Of a DNA stretch of 54,750 bases, positions 52,538 through 54,750 are shown piece after piece. Made by a program: the position numbers and the translations under genes. Every line of letters begins with the position of its first letter. Position 1 is the stretch's first letter. Location: IMG/VR virus record IMGVR_UViG_3300037467_001352, positions 1 through 54,750 of that record. One strand, 5' to 3'. The notes under the pieces are model-generated. The model was given only the letters and a program-made list of their open reading frames with translations, was not told the DNA's origin and did not search any database. The stretch is from a virus (lineage: Duplodnaviria > Caudoviricetes).

Positions 52538-53671
52538 TTACTTCCGCGACGCCTTGGCGCGCAGTTGTTCGGTCGTCAGCGGCCGCCCATTCTGGTCGAG
52601 CAGGTCGCGAAACGTGATCTTGCCGGAGCGCCACAAGTCCGCCTTGCCGACACCGAGCACCGTATTTTGCCGTTCGAGCGACTGTTTCTTGAGCCACTGT
52701 TCGAACGTCATGCCGGCAGGCAACTGGCCGTCCATGGACGCCCGCGTTGTTTGCGGAATCTCGTCCATATCGATCCCAAGTTCACGCCAGGTCTTGAGGC
52801 GTGGAACGCTGGTCGAACGGCAACCCCAATGGATCCGGCCGGGACCTTCCAGCCATGGCACATCATGGTCGATCGGCTTGTGATCGATCGGCGTGTAGCG
52901 CAACCCGTCGCGGACCATGCACCATTCGGTCGTGCGCGTGTCCAAAGTTGACGACCAATCGACGGAAGCGATCAGGTCGGCATTCTTTTCGTAGGTCGCT
53001 TCTCGCCCGACATTCGCGGCTGTCTGCACCGACGCGCGCACCAGGCGCTCCGCCGACGTTTCGGCCAGGTCCATAAGGCCCTTGGTCGTGCGCGTTCCGC
53101 GAACACGCTCGACGAGTTTATCGTTCGTCTCTCCAAGGGCGACACCGCGGCGCATTTCATCTGCGAAGCGATCCGACAACCCCTGCGCCTGACGACCCCA
53201 CCATTCCTTCGACGGCGCGCCCTGAATGAGCACATTCGAGGAAAGCGTTTCCAACTGCTGCCGGGTCAAGCCCGCGTCAGCGAATTCCACATGGATTGAC
53301 GAGTTGATAGCGCTCGCCGTCCATGTGGACTCGATATCGATCACTTCGCGAATTTCCGCAGCAAGCAGCGTATCCGAACGACGATAGGTCGCTCGAATTG
53401 AACCGGTGACTTCCGCGTTTAGTTTTTCGAGACGTTTGCGTTGCGCGGCGACCTGACCGATGCCGTTCGGGTCAATCTTGGCCAGCAGCGCGACAATATC
53501 CGCCTCAAGCGTGTGCAGGAACGCCAACACCTTGTCGCGGGTGCCGGCCTCAAGCCGTAGCAAGTCGATCGCCCGCTCCATGTACAAATCGACCAATGTT
53601 TCGTTGGCCGAAGTGCCGGTTTTCGGGCGATCGAGAACGTTACGCGGCGGCAGGGATGGAGGATTGGGCAT
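52538..53671 (-). CDS. Minor head protein (Mu gpF/SPP1 gp7-like)
   Basis: STLDTRTTEWC..RDG and HWGCRS motifs. Confidence 0.88.
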   Translation of the reverse strand: MPNPPSLPPRNVLDRPKTGTSANETLVDLYMERAIDLLRLEAGTRDKVLAFLHTLEADIVALLAKIDPNGIGQVAAQRKRLEKLNAEVTGSIRATYRRSDTLLAAEIREVIDIESTWTASAINSSIHVEFADAGLTRQQLETLSSNVLIQGAPSKEWWGRQAQGLSDRFADEMRRGVALGETNDKLVERVRGTRTTKGLMDLAETSAERLVRASVQTAANVGREATYEKNADLIASVDWSSTLDTRTTEWCMVRDGLRYTPIDHKPIDHDVPWLEGPGRIHWGCRSTSVPRLKTWRELGIDMDEIPQTTRASMDGQLPAGMTFEQWLKKQSLERQNTVLGVGKADLWRSGKITFRDLLDQNGRPLTTEQLRAKASRK

Positions 53672-54750
53672 TCAGTTCCATCGCCTGTTTTGCTTCAAGG
53701 CGCGTCTGATTGGCGAGCCGTTCCATCACGACTTCCGCGTCCACATCGCCGGACAGGAAGTTGCGGCGTTTCAATTCGTCAACGGCCGTCTGAGCGTCGA
53801 TCAAACCTGCAGAGAAGCACGCCACGACCTGCGGGACGTCCATGCTGGACAGACCGAAGTCGGTGTTAACTTCCACCGAACCGCCCTTGTCCTTGCCGAG
53901 TCCGATAAACTCAGCCATGAACGCGAACGCTTGCTCGATTGCGTCGCCAAGGGCATCCGCCATCATCGCGAGCGGCGAGTTTTCTTTCGCGTCGTCGCGG
54001 ATTTCGCCGGTCGCGCTTTGACCGCCGGGCTTGTCGATCAGAAGTTGCAAGCCCATCGCCTGCATCTGCTGCTCGATTTTGTCGATATCGGTCTGACCGG
54101 CGCCGATCGCGCTACCGGTATGCTCGACATACTCCATTTTCGCTTGGCCGTTGGTCGTCCGCACCGCCTTGGACGCGCCGATTTCGATCGTAGCGTCGGC
54201 GTCAAAGCCGGCCATGAATAGGATCGGCACGCGAGCGACGTGCAGAATGTTCCGTTGATCGCTGGACGACTGCCAGTGCGCGACGTTGAGTTCGGCCAGT
54301 TTCGCGAATGGAGGCACGCCGGTCATAAACGACTGACGCTTGAGATAAGCCGGCACAACCGGAATCGCGTCGGTGATCGACGTTTCGCCCGATTTGTGTT
54401 CGACCCAAACTTCCTTACCGCCGTCGCCCTTTGCCTTGCGAAACGTCCGCCAGCGACCGAGTTCGAGAACACGAATCTGCTCAACGTCCTTAGTCGCGAA
54501 TTCGCCGTCGTCCTCGCTGACGAATTCCTTGAACCGGAACATAGTCAGCGTTTCGACGCCGCGTATGGTCTGCGATTTCCAGCCGAGCACGCGTTCAGCG
54601 GGGATATAGACCAGATACGGCCGAATGCCCGCTTTCTGCTCATCCTCGCGCGTGGCGGGCTTGCCGTCCTCGCGCGTCACCTTCGGCGGCATATCGACGA
54701 GGAAGTAGCCGACGCCCGGCTGGAACGCGTCCAGCATCGCGTCGCGTGCA
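53640..54750 (-). CDS. Portal protein (DUF4055-like), C-terminal part
   Basis: PPFAKLAELNVAHWQSSSDQRNILH...PIL and SAT motifs; starts at 453 across the junction. Confidence 0.88.
   Translation of the reverse strand, partial: ARDAMLDAFQPGVGYFLVDMPPKVTREDGKPATREDEQKAGIRPYLVYIPAERVLGWKSQTIRGVETLTMFRFKEFVSEDDGEFATKDVEQIRVLELGRWRTFRKAKGDGGKEVWVEHKSGETSITDAIPVVPAYLKRQSFMTGVPPFAKLAELNVAHWQSSSDQRNILHVARVPILFMAGFDADATIEIGASKAVRTTNGQAKMEYVEHTGSAIGAGQTDIDKIEQQMQAMGLQLLIDKPGGQSATGEIRDDAKENSPLAMMADALGDAIEQAFAFMAEFIGLGKDKGGSVEVNTDFGLSSMDVPQVVACFSAGLIDAQTAVDELKRRNFLSGDVDAEVVMERLANQTRLEAKQAMELNAQSSIPAAA
54624..54750. repeat. 127-bp terminal direct repeat, copy 2
   Basis: Identical to 1-127. Confidence 0.97.

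Noticed and set aside
51114-52883. 589-aa plus-strand ORF and other long antisense ORFs (e.g. 4776..5777, 17261..18211, 46929..48011)
   Set aside because: Shadow frames opposite well-supported genes in high-GC DNA, with no recognisable motifs
54624-54750. 127-bp terminal repeat as a biological DTR
   Set aside because: It falls mid-portal gene and its length equals a common assembler k-mer (127), so it is most likely a circular-assembly overlap

Overview
The window looks like one complete, circular temperate siphovirus-like phage genome. It has 54,623 unique bp, because bases 1-127 repeat exactly at 54624-54750 and split the portal gene. The host is probably an alphaproteobacterium (Hyphomicrobiales, Bradyrhizobium-like), judged from a tRNA-Pro(CGG) attP core, a CtrA box and host-like regulators. 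The minus-strand arm encodes packaging, head, tail and lysis genes plus a Prim-Pol/VapE primase-helicase, two DNA methyltransferases and an SF2 helicase. The plus-strand arm encodes a DUF2800 nuclease, SSB, family B DNA polymerase, VRR-NUC, Fic, Xis and a tyrosine integrase. The most unusual features are regulatory. (1) A 13-bp motif GTTGACAGTTCAC occurs about 17 times, mostly overlapping sigma70-like -35 boxes, in early and late regions. (2) The divergent switch has no cI/cro pair; a stand-alone integrase arm-type DNA-binding protein sits there instead. (3) A receiver-less CtrA-like regulator accompanies a perfect CtrA box in an iteron-rich putative origin. (4) A host-like HTH-S24 (RogA-like) repressor has matching candidate operators, and there is a DUF6456-like protein. 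(5) The integrase carries an inserted second arm-binding-like domain. All family calls come from motif recognition by eye; no database searches were run.
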